A stretch of DNA of 64,000 nucleotides from Gaiellaceae bacterium (GTDB taxonomy: Bacteria > Actinomycetota > Thermoleophilia > Gaiellales > Gaiellaceae). The stretch is taken from the NCBI GenBank assembly GCA_050013935.1, contig JBEKEH010000004.1:6779-70778 (forward strand), read 5' to 3'. Each line of letters starts with the position of its first letter. The stretch's first letter is position 1. The notes under the pieces are model-generated. The model did no database searches. It was not told the origin of the DNA and worked only from the letters and a program-made list of their open reading frames with translations. The position numbers and the translations under genes are program-made. Positions 17,006 to 24,799 of this stretch are shown piece after piece.

Positions 17006-17295
17006 GACGAGCCCCCCGGCGGAACCCTGAAGTAGGCGCCCTCCCGCTGCGGCGCGTTGGTGAGCGCATCGTCGACCGGCAGGGACGGCCGCGGCTCGTC
17101 GGCGCCCCAGACGTTGACGACGGCGAGCGGATGCGAGGTCGGCGGCACGTCGGAAAGGTCGAGCTCCGACACCTTTCCGACTGCGGTGAGGATGTCGTTG
17201 AGCTGCGCTTCGAGCCGTTCGAGCTCTTCCTCCCGGAGCTCGAGGCGGGCCAGACGCGCGACGTGGAGGAGTTGTTCGCGGGAGATGTTCGCCAC
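17002..17295 (-). CDS. gatC: Asp/Glu-tRNA amidotransferase subunit C
   Basis: ORF 17002..17295 (GTG start): MANISREQLLHVARLARLELREEELERLEAQLNDIL... Confidence 0.93.
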   Translation of the reverse strand: MANISREQLLHVARLARLELREEELERLEAQLNDILTAVGKVSELDLSDVPPTSHPLAVVNVWGADEPRPSLPVDDALTNAPQREGAYFRVPPGGSS

Positions 17296-17315
17296 TCGGA
17301 AGATCCTTCCAGAAA

Positions 17316-17345
17316 CGCGAGAGGCCCCTGTCGGGGCCCCTCGCG
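17316..17345 (-). terminator. csp terminator hairpin
   Basis: CGCGAGAGGCCCC-tgtc-GGGGCCCCTCGCG: 13-bp stem with one mismatch, 25 nt downstream of the csp stop. On the minus strand it is followed by GTTTCTGG. Confidence 0.6.
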
Positions 17346-17369
17346 ATACTTATGAGTCCGACAGGTTCT

Positions 17370-17570
17370 CTAGATTGCCTGGACGTTCGCGGCCTGCGCG
17401 CCCTTCGGGCCCTGCACAACCTCGAATGACACCCGCTGGCCCTCGGTCAGCGACTTGTAGCCGTCCATCGTGATCGCCGAGAAGTGGACGAAGACGTCGT
17501 CTCCGCCCTCACGCTCGATGAAGCCGTAGCCCTTCTCGTTCGAGAACCACTTAACGGTGCCCTCAGCCAA
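17370..17570 (-). CDS. cspA: cold-shock protein (CspA family)
   Basis: ORF 17370..17570: [33 protein letters not shown] (RNP1/RNP2 motifs). SD AGGAGG upstream. Confidence 0.97.
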   Translation of the reverse strand: MAEGTVKWFSNEKGYGFIEREGGDDVFVHFSAITMDGYKSLTEGQRVSFEVVQGPKGAQAANVQAI

Positions 17571-17648
17571 CTGATCCTCCTAAGCACAAACCACGACGGC
17601 CCGGGCACCGAGCCGCCGACCGACAGTGAAACAGCCGGAGTCTAGAAC

Positions 17649-18506
17649 TCAGCCTGCGGACTTGGCAATACCCAAGTTGCGGCGCGCCCGAGCGGCGGCG
17701 ACGGTGTTCTTCAGGAGCATCGCGATCGTCATCGGACCGACGCCGCCCGGCACCGGGGTCATGCACGCCGCGCGCTCCGCCGCCGCCGGGTCGACGTCGC
17801 CGAACAGCCCGTCGTCGGTGCGGTTCATCCCGACGTCGATCACGGTCGAACCCGGCTTGACCATGTCGGCCGTGATCACGTGGAGCCTGCCGACCGCCGC
17901 GACGAGGATGTCCGCGTCGGACGTGAACCGCTCGAGGTCGCGCGTGCGCGAGTGGCAGATCGTGACCGTTGCGTGGCCCTGGAGCAGGAGGTGCGCCATC
18001 GGCTTGCCAACGATGTTCGAGCGGCCGACGACGACGGCGTGCGCGCCCTTCGTCTCGATCCCGTACTCGGCGAGCATGCGCATGATCCCGAGCGGCGTCC
18101 CGGGCACGAGCGCCGGCCGGCCGAGGTAGAGCAGCCCCGCGTTGACCGGGTTGAACCCGTCGACGTCCTTCGCCGGATCGACGGCGCCGATCGCCTTCGC
18201 CTCCTCGATATGGTCCGGCAGCGGCAGCTGGACGAGGATCCCGTCGACGGCGTCGTCTGCGTTCAGCTCGGCGAGCAGGGCGAGCAGCTCCTCCTCGCTC
18301 GCCTCCGCCGGCAGACGGATGTCCCGCGCATTGATGCCGACACCCTGGGCGGCCTTCTGCTTGCCGCGGATGTAGATGTCGGAGGCAGGGTCGTCGCCGA
18401 CGAGCACCGTGGCGAGCCCGAGCTCGCCGAGCTCCGCCACCTCGGCGGCGACCTCCTCGCGCACCTTCGCCGCGAGGGCCTTGCCGTCGATGAGCGTGGC
18501 GGACAT
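17649..18506 (-). CDS. folD: bifunctional methylene-THF dehydrogenase / methenyl-THF cyclohydrolase
   Basis: ORF 17649..18563 trimmed to [19 protein letters not shown]...VQLPLPDHI...[16 protein letters not shown]...[14 protein letters not shown]. Confidence 0.95.
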   Translation of the reverse strand: MSATLIDGKALAAKVREEVAAEVAELGELGLATVLVGDDPASDIYIRGKQKAAQGVGINARDIRLPAEASEEELLALLAELNADDAVDGILVQLPLPDHIEEAKAIGAVDPAKDVDGFNPVNAGLLYLGRPALVPGTPLGIMRMLAEYGIETKGAHAVVVGRSNIVGKPMAHLLLQGHATVTICHSRTRDLERFTSDADILVAAVGRLHVITADMVKPGSTVIDVGMNRTDDGLFGDVDPAAAERAACMTPVPGGVGPMTIAMLLKNTVAAARARRNLGIAKSAG

Positions 18507-18534
18507 CGGCCCGAGGTTACGCCAGAATGCCCCC

Positions 18535-19740
18535 GTGGCGACTGGGAAGCGACTGCCCCGCAAGAACGACCCGGCGTCGATCGCCGCGCGCCAGGAGGCG
18601 CTCGGCCTCGACGGCGCCGTGACCTCGGCGGACCTCGCCCCCTACGCGAAGGCTGCCGAGTCGGTGACCGGCGTGGCGGTGATCCCGGTGTCGGTCGCGC
18701 AGCTGCAGGTCTCGCTCGGGAGCTACGAGCTCTCCGAGGACGGCGAGGTCGTCGAGACCGGCCGCTCGGGGGAGGAGGTCGTGGTGCCGCTCGCGCACAC
18801 GGAGGGCGGGCTGACGGTCTCGTTGCAGCGCGGTGCGAAAGCGGTCGCGGAGTCCGGAGGCTTCCGCACGTACGTCGTCGCCGACCGGATCACGCGTGCG
18901 TCGTGCTTCGTCTGCCGCGACGCCGGCGACGCGCTCACGCTCGCGCGCTGGATCGAGGCGCGCGTCGGCGAGATGCGCGACTGGCTGCGCAAGGCCGACA
19001 TGCCCGAGCTGTCGCAGTACGCCGTCCTGCGCGAGGCGAAGACGCATGTCGTCGGGCCGATGTGCCACGTGCTCTGGCGTTTCACGACGGGCGACGCCGT
19101 GGGGCCGAACATGATGACGCGCAACGCGTACGCGCTGAACATGGCATTCGTCTCGCCGAATGCGCCGGTGCAGATCGAGCGCGTCGCGCTCGAGGCGAAC
19201 ATGGGCGGCGACAAGAAGCCGTCGTACGAGTACTTCCAGTCCGGCCACGGCAAGACCGTCGTCGCCGAGGCGACGCTCACGGACGATGCGATCCGGCAGG
19301 TGCTGCGCACGACCGCCGCAGACCTCGAGGAGCTTGCCTGGGTCGGGACGCACGGCGCCGTCGCCTCGGGAATGCAGTCGGTCGCGTTCACGCCCGCGTC
19401 CGCGGTGGCCGCGGTCTTTACCGCAACGGGCCAGGACGTCGGCATGGTCGGCACGAGCTCGATGGCACACGGCACCGGCCGCCGCGTCGAGGGCGGCCTG
19501 CACGTCTCGATCCGCTTCCCCGGCCTCGAGGTCGGCACCGTCGGCGGCGGCACGACACTCCCGACCGCGCGCGAGTGGCTCGCGCTCATGGGCTGCGCCG
19601 GCGTCGGCAAGGTCTACCGCTTCGCCCAGATCGTCGCCGCGGCCGCCCTCGCCCTGGAGATCAGCGCCTCCGCGGCGATGGCGACCGCCGGCTCGGAGAA
19701 CTTCTTCCGCGCGCACTTCGAGCGCGGCGGGTTGCGCTGA
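18535..19740 (+). CDS. HMG-CoA reductase, class-I-like soluble catalytic domain
   Basis: ORF 18376..19740 trimmed to GTG 18535 (CAGAAT-N6-GTG). Motifs: [41 protein letters not shown]...[20 protein letters not shown]. The start is uncertain (ATG 18490 alternative). Confidence 0.85.
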   Translation: MATGKRLPRKNDPASIAARQEALGLDGAVTSADLAPYAKAAESVTGVAVIPVSVAQLQVSLGSYELSEDGEVVETGRSGEEVVVPLAHTEGGLTVSLQRGAKAVAESGGFRTYVVADRITRASCFVCRDAGDALTLARWIEARVGEMRDWLRKADMPELSQYAVLREAKTHVVGPMCHVLWRFTTGDAVGPNMMTRNAYALNMAFVSPNAPVQIERVALEANMGGDKKPSYEYFQSGHGKTVVAEATLTDDAIRQVLRTTAADLEELAWVGTHGAVASGMQSVAFTPASAVAAVFTATGQDVGMVGTSSMAHGTGRRVEGGLHVSIRFPGLEVGTVGGGTTLPTAREWLALMGCAGVGKVYRFAQIVAAAALALEISASAAMATAGSENFFRAHFERGGLR

Positions 19741-19749
19741 CGTCAAAGG

Positions 19750-19776
19750 CCGCAACCTGGTTTAACCAGGTTGCGG
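19750..19776. repeat. extended palindrome of the GCAACCWGGTTGC family; bidirectional terminator position
   Basis: CCGCAACCTGGTT-t-AACCAGGTTGCGG, with 13-bp arms, between the convergent stops at 19740 and 19786. Confidence 0.6.
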
Positions 19777-19785
19777 TCGTCGGTG

Positions 19786-20601
19786 TCAGAAGGGCAGTGC
19801 CACGTCCGAGACGTCGAGACCAAGAGACTTCGCGAGGCGTACCCCGTGGTTCAGCTCGGTTTTCAGCCGCTCCCGGTCGCGCGCCTCCATCAGCTGGCCG
19901 ATCATCTCGCGCGCCTTCGGGCGCCAGAGTGCGTGCGCGGCGAACTCCGGCAGCATCCGGTTCGCCGCCGCGATCAGCGTCGCCTCCACCTTCGGCGGCG
20001 CGCCTGCGAGGAGCACGCGCTCATACGCCATGCCGGCGCCGTGGTGGATGCCGTCGTCGATCGCAAGGCGGTTGCAGAGGTCCTCGAGGATCGTCCCGCG
20101 CGACGAGCGCGCGATCAGCCGGAAGCGCGGGATGATCAGCCGCTCGAAGAAGACCTGCATCAGGAAGACCTTCTCCTCGAGCGAGTCGGCCTCGAGGAAC
20201 ATGTGCCCGAGCGTGTCGAGATGCGGGTCGCGCTCCCCCTCGCCGCCGACCTGGACGATCAGCTTCAGCCACGCCTCGGTGTGGCGCGACTCGTCCTGCA
20301 CCATCGTCGAGTAGTAGAGCCTCGCCTCGGGGTCGGGCGCCGTGTTCAGCAGCTGCGCCGACATCTCGACCGCGAGCACGTCGGCCTGGAGCTGCTGCAT
20401 CACGACCGAGCGCCAGACGTCGAGGCGGCGCGCCTGGCGCTGCGGCGAGCCCTTCCCCTCGGGTACCGGCGGGATCTCGCCCCACGGCAGGTCTCGCACC
20501 ATCCACTCCTGGTGCTTCGCGAGCTCGTAGAAGCGGAGCACGCCCGCGTAGGCGCTGCGGTCCTCCGGCGGGGCCTCGTCGGCCAGCGGCTCGGCGCTCA
20601 T
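19786..20601 (-). CDS. ferritin-like diiron-carboxylate protein (AurF/R2-like oxygenase type)
   Basis: ORF 19786..20601. Two E...(E/D)xxH half-sites: LAVEMSAQ...QDESRHTEAW and FFERLII...DDGIHHGAG. Confidence 0.75.
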   Translation of the reverse strand: MSAEPLADEAPPEDRSAYAGVLRFYELAKHQEWMVRDLPWGEIPPVPEGKGSPQRQARRLDVWRSVVMQQLQADVLAVEMSAQLLNTAPDPEARLYYSTMVQDESRHTEAWLKLIVQVGGEGERDPHLDTLGHMFLEADSLEEKVFLMQVFFERLIIPRFRLIARSSRGTILEDLCNRLAIDDGIHHGAGMAYERVLLAGAPPKVEATLIAAANRMLPEFAAHALWRPKAREMIGQLMEARDRERLKTELNHGVRLAKSLGLDVSDVALPF

Positions 20602-20642
20602 CCGCGGGACCTTAGCGCGGGCGCCTGCTAAGAATCGTCGAC

Positions 20643-20945
20643 GTGATCGCGCTCGTCTTCTCCTACGAGGTGCGGGACACCGCCGAGTTCGAGCGTGTCT
20701 ACGGCGCGGACGGCGAGTGGGCGCAGTTCTTCCGGCAGGGCAGCGGGTACGTCGGCACGGAGCTCCTGCGCGACGTCGAGAACCACGGCCGCTACTTCGT
20801 CGTCGACCGGTGGGAGTCGGCCGACACGTACAACGCCTTCGCCGCCGAGCACCGCGAGGAGTACATGCGCCGCGTGGACGACACGCGCTTCTACTACGAG
20901 CAGGAGCTGCGGTTCGGCACGTTCGAGACGGTGTGGCAGACGTAA
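20643..20945 (+). CDS. antibiotic-biosynthesis-monooxygenase (ABM) domain protein
   Basis: ORF 20643..20945 (GTG): MIALVFSYEVRDTAEFERVYG...GRYFVVDRWESADTYNAF. Ferredoxin-like ABM pattern. Confidence 0.75.
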   Translation: MIALVFSYEVRDTAEFERVYGADGEWAQFFRQGSGYVGTELLRDVENHGRYFVVDRWESADTYNAFAAEHREEYMRRVDDTRFYYEQELRFGTFETVWQT

Positions 20946-21168
20946 TCCCGCCGCATCACGACCCGGCGTGCTGGGGCTACGGCGACGCGCCGGACGGGAT
21001 CCGGCTGCCCCAGCCCTTGCACGAAGGGCTGACGGAGTACGACGCGTGCCGAGGGCCGCGCCGCCGCCGAAGCGTGGCGGCGCCGGCAGGAGGGATAAAG
21101 CCGGCCGGCGTGGGTGCCGATACCGGTTGCAGGGAAGACCGGCCCTGCGGCTCCGGGAAGAAGGCCGC

Positions 21169-21441
21169 ATGGTCAAGGGGGTCATCGCGATCGCAGCCGT
21201 CATCGTCGGCCTCATGGTCGGGATCAGGGACGGGCGGCTGCTCCACATGACAGGGCTCACGGGCTCGTGCACGGTCGTGCAGACACTCCCGGACGGGACG
21301 CAGTGGGAGGCGTGCCAGCCCGGGAAGCTCGACGGCCGCCCCGACCTGTCGGGCCACTCCTGCCGCAGTGCGGGGGTGACCGGGACGTACGAGTACTGGC
21401 ACTGCCCGGCACCGATCGCCTCGCCGAGCGCCGGGAACTAG
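21169..21441 (+). CDS. hypothetical small membrane-anchored Cys-containing protein
   Basis: ATG 21169 within ORF 20695..21441, after GGGAAGAAGG. MVKGVIAIAAVIVGLMVGI is a TM segment, followed by 4 Cys. Confidence 0.45.
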   Translation: MVKGVIAIAAVIVGLMVGIRDGRLLHMTGLTGSCTVVQTLPDGTQWEACQPGKLDGRPDLSGHSCRSAGVTGTYEYWHCPAPIASPSAGN

Positions 21442-21492
21442 GACACGAGTCCTCTACCCGAGCCTTCCGCCGGTCGATAACTCCGGGGGAAC

Positions 21493-22284
21493 GTGATGCG
21501 GCGACGCCTCCTAGCTCTCCTGATCCTCGGCGCGCTCGTGTTGATGCTACTCGGCTGCTCGGGCAGCTCTGCGTGCGGCAGCCCGGGAGATTCCGCTGCG
21601 TGCACCCGCGTCCTCTTCATCGGCAACAGCTACACCTTCGTCAACGACCTCCCGACCATGTTCGCGACCCTCGCGGCCTCCGGGGGCCACAGTGTCGAAA
21701 CCGGGATGGTGGCCGAAGGTGGCGCGACGTTCGCCGATCACGCGGCGTCCGCGGAGACGGCGCCAAAGCTGGCTTCGGCAAGGTGGGGCATCGTCGTTCT
21801 CCAGGAGCAGAGCCAGATCCCGTCGGTCGCCTCGGCTCGCCAGGGTGAGATGTACCCGGCCGCTCGCCAGCTCGTCCGCATGGTCCGCGCCGCGGGGGCC
21901 GAGCCGGTCTTCTTCCTCACCTGGGCACACCGCGACGGCTGGCCGGAGGCCGGCATGGCCGACTACAGCAGCATGCAATCGGCGATCGACGACGGGTATC
22001 TCGCCATCGCCGGGGAGCAGAACGCCGCCGTCGCTCCAGTCGGATATGCCTGGTGGACCCTGCTCTACCAGGAGCCGGGGGCCGATCTCTGGCAGGACGA
22101 CGGCAGCCACCCCACGGTGGAGGGGACCTACCTGGCGGCCTGCGTCTTCTACGCAACCATCTTCAGGCAGAGTCCGGCGGGGCTCCACTATCGCGCCGGC
22201 CTCCCGAATGACGAGGCTGCGACCTTGCAGGAGGTCGCGACGAACGTGGTCCTCCCCGATCCTGCTAAATGGGGACTGCGCTGA
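21493..22284 (+). CDS. SGNH/GDSL-like hydrolase lipoprotein
   Basis: ORF 21493..22284. Lipobox LMLLGCSG. VLFIGNSYT is a block-I-like motif. DDGSHP lies near the C-terminus. Confidence 0.75.
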   Translation: MMRRRLLALLILGALVLMLLGCSGSSACGSPGDSAACTRVLFIGNSYTFVNDLPTMFATLAASGGHSVETGMVAEGGATFADHAASAETAPKLASARWGIVVLQEQSQIPSVASARQGEMYPAARQLVRMVRAAGAEPVFFLTWAHRDGWPEAGMADYSSMQSAIDDGYLAIAGEQNAAVAPVGYAWWTLLYQEPGADLWQDDGSHPTVEGTYLAACVFYATIFRQSPAGLHYRAGLPNDEAATLQEVATNVVLPDPAKWGLR

Positions 22285-22294
22285 CGACCGTTCC

Positions 22295-23305
22295 CTAGCA
22301 GATCCTGGGCAGCGGGTCGCCGACGAGCATGTCGACGATCCGGCTGCCGCCGTACGGCGTGTCGACGAGGACGAGCGGAAGGTCGTCCGCGCGGACCTCG
22401 CCGACGAGCGCCGCGCCGGCGCCGAGCGGATGGGCGCGCAGCGCCGCGAGCGCGGCTCCGGCCGCCTCGGCGGCCACGACCGCGACGAGCTTCCCCTCGT
22501 TCGCGACGTAGAGCGGGTCGATGCCGAGGATCTCGCAGGCGGCACGAACGTCGTCACGCACCGGGATCGCCTCCTCCTCGAGCACGACCGTCGCGCCGGC
22601 GCCAGCCGCAAGCTCGTTCAGCGTCGTCGCGAGCCCGCCGCGCGTCGGGTCGCGCATCCAGCGCAGCGACGGGCCGAGCGCGCACAGCGCAGCGGTCAGC
22701 TCGTGCAACGGCGCGGTGTCGCTCTCGACGTCCAGCTCGAGCGCCAGGTTGCCGCGCGCGAACATGACCGCGATCCCGTGCTCGGCAATCCCGCCGGACA
22801 CGAGCACGCGGTCGCCCGGCCGGACGCGGCTCGCGTCGAGCTCGACGCGTGGGTCCATCAATCCGATTCCCGCGGTCGTCACGTAGAGACCATCGGCAGC
22901 GCCGCGCTCGACGACCTTTGTGTCGCCGGCCGCCACGGAGACACCAGCGTCGCGCGCGGCGCGCGCCATCGAACCGGCGATAGCGCGCAGCTCGTCGAGT
23001 GGGAAGCCCTCCTCGAGCACGAAGCCGGCCGTCAGCGCGAGCGGCGTCGCGCCCGCTACGGCGAGGTCGTTCACCGTCCCGTTGACCGCGAGCTCGCCGA
23101 TGTCGCCGCCGGGGAAGCGCAGCGGCCGCACGACGTACGCGTCGGTCGTGAACGCAAGCCGCGTCCCGTTCACCGAGACGACGGCGCTGTCGCCGAGAGG
23201 CTCGAGCAGCGGGTTGCGCAGCTCCTCGAGGAACAGCTCCTCGACGAGCCGGCGGGACGCCTTGCCGCCGGCGCCGTCCGCCAGCGTGACGACGGCCTCA
23301 CTCAT
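22295..23305 (-). CDS. hypE: hydrogenase maturation protein HypE
   Basis: ORF 22295..23470 trimmed to MSEAVVTLADGAGGKASRRLVEE... C-terminal ...GDPLPRIC. Confidence 0.95.
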   Translation of the reverse strand: MSEAVVTLADGAGGKASRRLVEELFLEELRNPLLEPLGDSAVVSVNGTRLAFTTDAYVVRPLRFPGGDIGELAVNGTVNDLAVAGATPLALTAGFVLEEGFPLDELRAIAGSMARAARDAGVSVAAGDTKVVERGAADGLYVTTAGIGLMDPRVELDASRVRPGDRVLVSGGIAEHGIAVMFARGNLALELDVESDTAPLHELTAALCALGPSLRWMRDPTRGGLATTLNELAAGAGATVVLEEEAIPVRDDVRAACEILGIDPLYVANEGKLVAVVAAEAAGAALAALRAHPLGAGAALVGEVRADDLPLVLVDTPYGGSRIVDMLVGDPLPRIC

Positions 23306-23350
23306 CGGCCGATCTTCGGCCGATGGGTAGGGGGAGGGGTCGAGGTTCTT

Positions 23351-23376
23351 GCGGGGGAACCGGGAGGTTCCCCCGC
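23351..23376 (-). repeat. perfect 11-bp hairpin in the hypD-hypE gap
   Basis: GCGGGGGAACC-ggga-GGTTCCCCCGC. Confidence 0.5.
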
Positions 23377-23386
23377 ACGTCCTTCG

Positions 23387-23434
23387 AAGAAGGGGGCTCG
23401 TGGGGGAAACACGGTTTCCCCCACGGGAGCGAGC
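23387..23434 (-). repeat. copy A of a ~48-nt hairpin element (second copy at 52804..52850)
   Basis: aagaagggggctCGTGGGGGAAACacGGTTTCCCCCACGggagcgagc. About 40 of 48 positions match copy B by hand count, with two compensatory base-pair changes in the stem. Confidence 0.6.
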
Positions 23435-23450
23435 TGAAGGCGAGCGACGC

Positions 23451-24572
23451 TCACACAGGGAGCTTCTCATGGCGGCGATGCCGCCCGTACGCGTAGTACG
23501 CCGCGCACGCGCCCTCGCTCGAGACCATGCACGTGCCGAGCGGCTGCTCGGGCGTGCACGCCGTCCCGAAGACGCCGCACTCGTACGGCTTCGCCATGCC
23601 GCGGAGCACGTCGCCGCAACGGCATGCCTTCGGATCCTCGATCCGTGCGCCGGGCACCTCGAAGCGCAGCTCCGCGTCCCAGGCGGCGAACGCGTCGGAG
23701 ATCCGCAGGCCGCTGTGCGGAATCGCGCCGAGGCCGCGCCATTCGAAGTCCTCGCGCACGGTGAAGACGTCGTCGAGCACCGCGAGCGCGGCGCGGTTCC
23801 CCTCGGTGCGGACGACGCGGCCGTACTCGTTCTCGACCTCGGCGCGCCCCTCGCGCAGCTGGCGCAGGAGCATCGCGACCGCCTGGAGGATGTCGGTCGG
23901 CTCGAAGCCGGCGATGACCACCGGCCGGTGGTACTCGGTGCAGACGAAGTCGTACGGGCGCGTGCCGATCACGGTCGAGACGTGTCCCGGCCCGACGAAG
24001 CCGTCGATCTGCGTCTCGGGCGAGTCGAGGATGGCGCGCAGCGCCGGCCCGATCAGCACGTGGTTGCAAAAGACCGAGAAGTTGCCGATGCCGCGTTGGC
24101 TTGCGCGCAGAAGCGTGAGCGCGGTCGCAGGCGCAGTCGTCTCGAAGCCGACGCCGAAGAAGACGACCTCGCGCTCCGGCTCGGCGACGGCGAGCTCGAG
24201 CGCGTCGAGCGGCGAGTAGACGATGCGGACGTCGGCGCCGCGCGCCTTCGCCTCGAGCAGCGAGCGGCGCCGGCCGCCGGGGACCCGCAGCATGTCGCCG
24301 AAGCTCGCGAGCGTCACCTCCGGCCGCTCCGCGAGCGAGATCGCGTCGTCGACGCGGCCCATCGGGATCACGCAAACCGGGCAGCCCGGCCCGTGCACGA
24401 GCTCCACCTCGTCCGGCAGCAGCGCGTCGAGCCCGTGCCGGTAGATCGCATGCGTGTGCCCGCCGCAGACCTCCATCAGCTTCACCCGGCGCCCGGGCTC
24501 GACGAGCGTGCGCAGCTCCGCCGCGATCGCTTTCGCCGCGCGCCCGTCGCGGAACTCGTCCACGTACTTCAT
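23451..24572 (-). CDS. hypD: hydrogenase maturation protein HypD
   Basis: ORF 23451..24797 trimmed to MKYVDEFRDGRAAKAIAAEL...MEVCGGHTHAI...GPGCPVCV. ATGA overlap with hypC. Confidence 0.95.
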   Translation of the reverse strand: MKYVDEFRDGRAAKAIAAELRTLVEPGRRVKLMEVCGGHTHAIYRHGLDALLPDEVELVHGPGCPVCVIPMGRVDDAISLAERPEVTLASFGDMLRVPGGRRRSLLEAKARGADVRIVYSPLDALELAVAEPEREVVFFGVGFETTAPATALTLLRASQRGIGNFSVFCNHVLIGPALRAILDSPETQIDGFVGPGHVSTVIGTRPYDFVCTEYHRPVVIAGFEPTDILQAVAMLLRQLREGRAEVENEYGRVVRTEGNRAALAVLDDVFTVREDFEWRGLGAIPHSGLRISDAFAAWDAELRFEVPGARIEDPKACRCGDVLRGMAKPYECGVFGTACTPEQPLGTCMVSSEGACAAYYAYGRHRRHEKLPV

Positions 24573-24799
24573 TGCGCCAGCTCCGCCGCGATCGCCTCGC
24601 CGAGCAGGTCGAGCGTCGCCTGCGCCTCGTCCTCGTCGATCGTGGCGAGCGCGAAGCCGACGTGGACGAGCACCCAGTCGCCCGGCTCGGCCTCCGGTGT
24701 GAAGACGACGCTGACCGTGCGCTTCACGCCGGTGAAGTCGACCTTCGCCAGCCCGTCGTCGAGCCGCTCGACGATCTGCCCGGGGACGGCTAGGCACAT
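24569..24799 (-). CDS. hypC: hydrogenase assembly chaperone HypC/HupF
   Basis: Last 76 aa of ORF 24569..25591: MCLAVPGQIVERLDDGLAKVDFTGVKRTVS... Confidence 0.93.
   Translation of the reverse strand: MCLAVPGQIVERLDDGLAKVDFTGVKRTVSVVFTPEAEPGDWVLVHVGFALATIDEDEAQATLDLLGEAIAAELAQ

Noticed and set aside
21116-21130. GATACCGGTTGCAGG, a possible degenerate copy of the GCAACCWGGTTGC palindrome.
   Set aside because: Only the right half matches. The centre base is missing and the left half matches at 4 of 6 positions. This is not enough to count as a family member without a genome-wide model.
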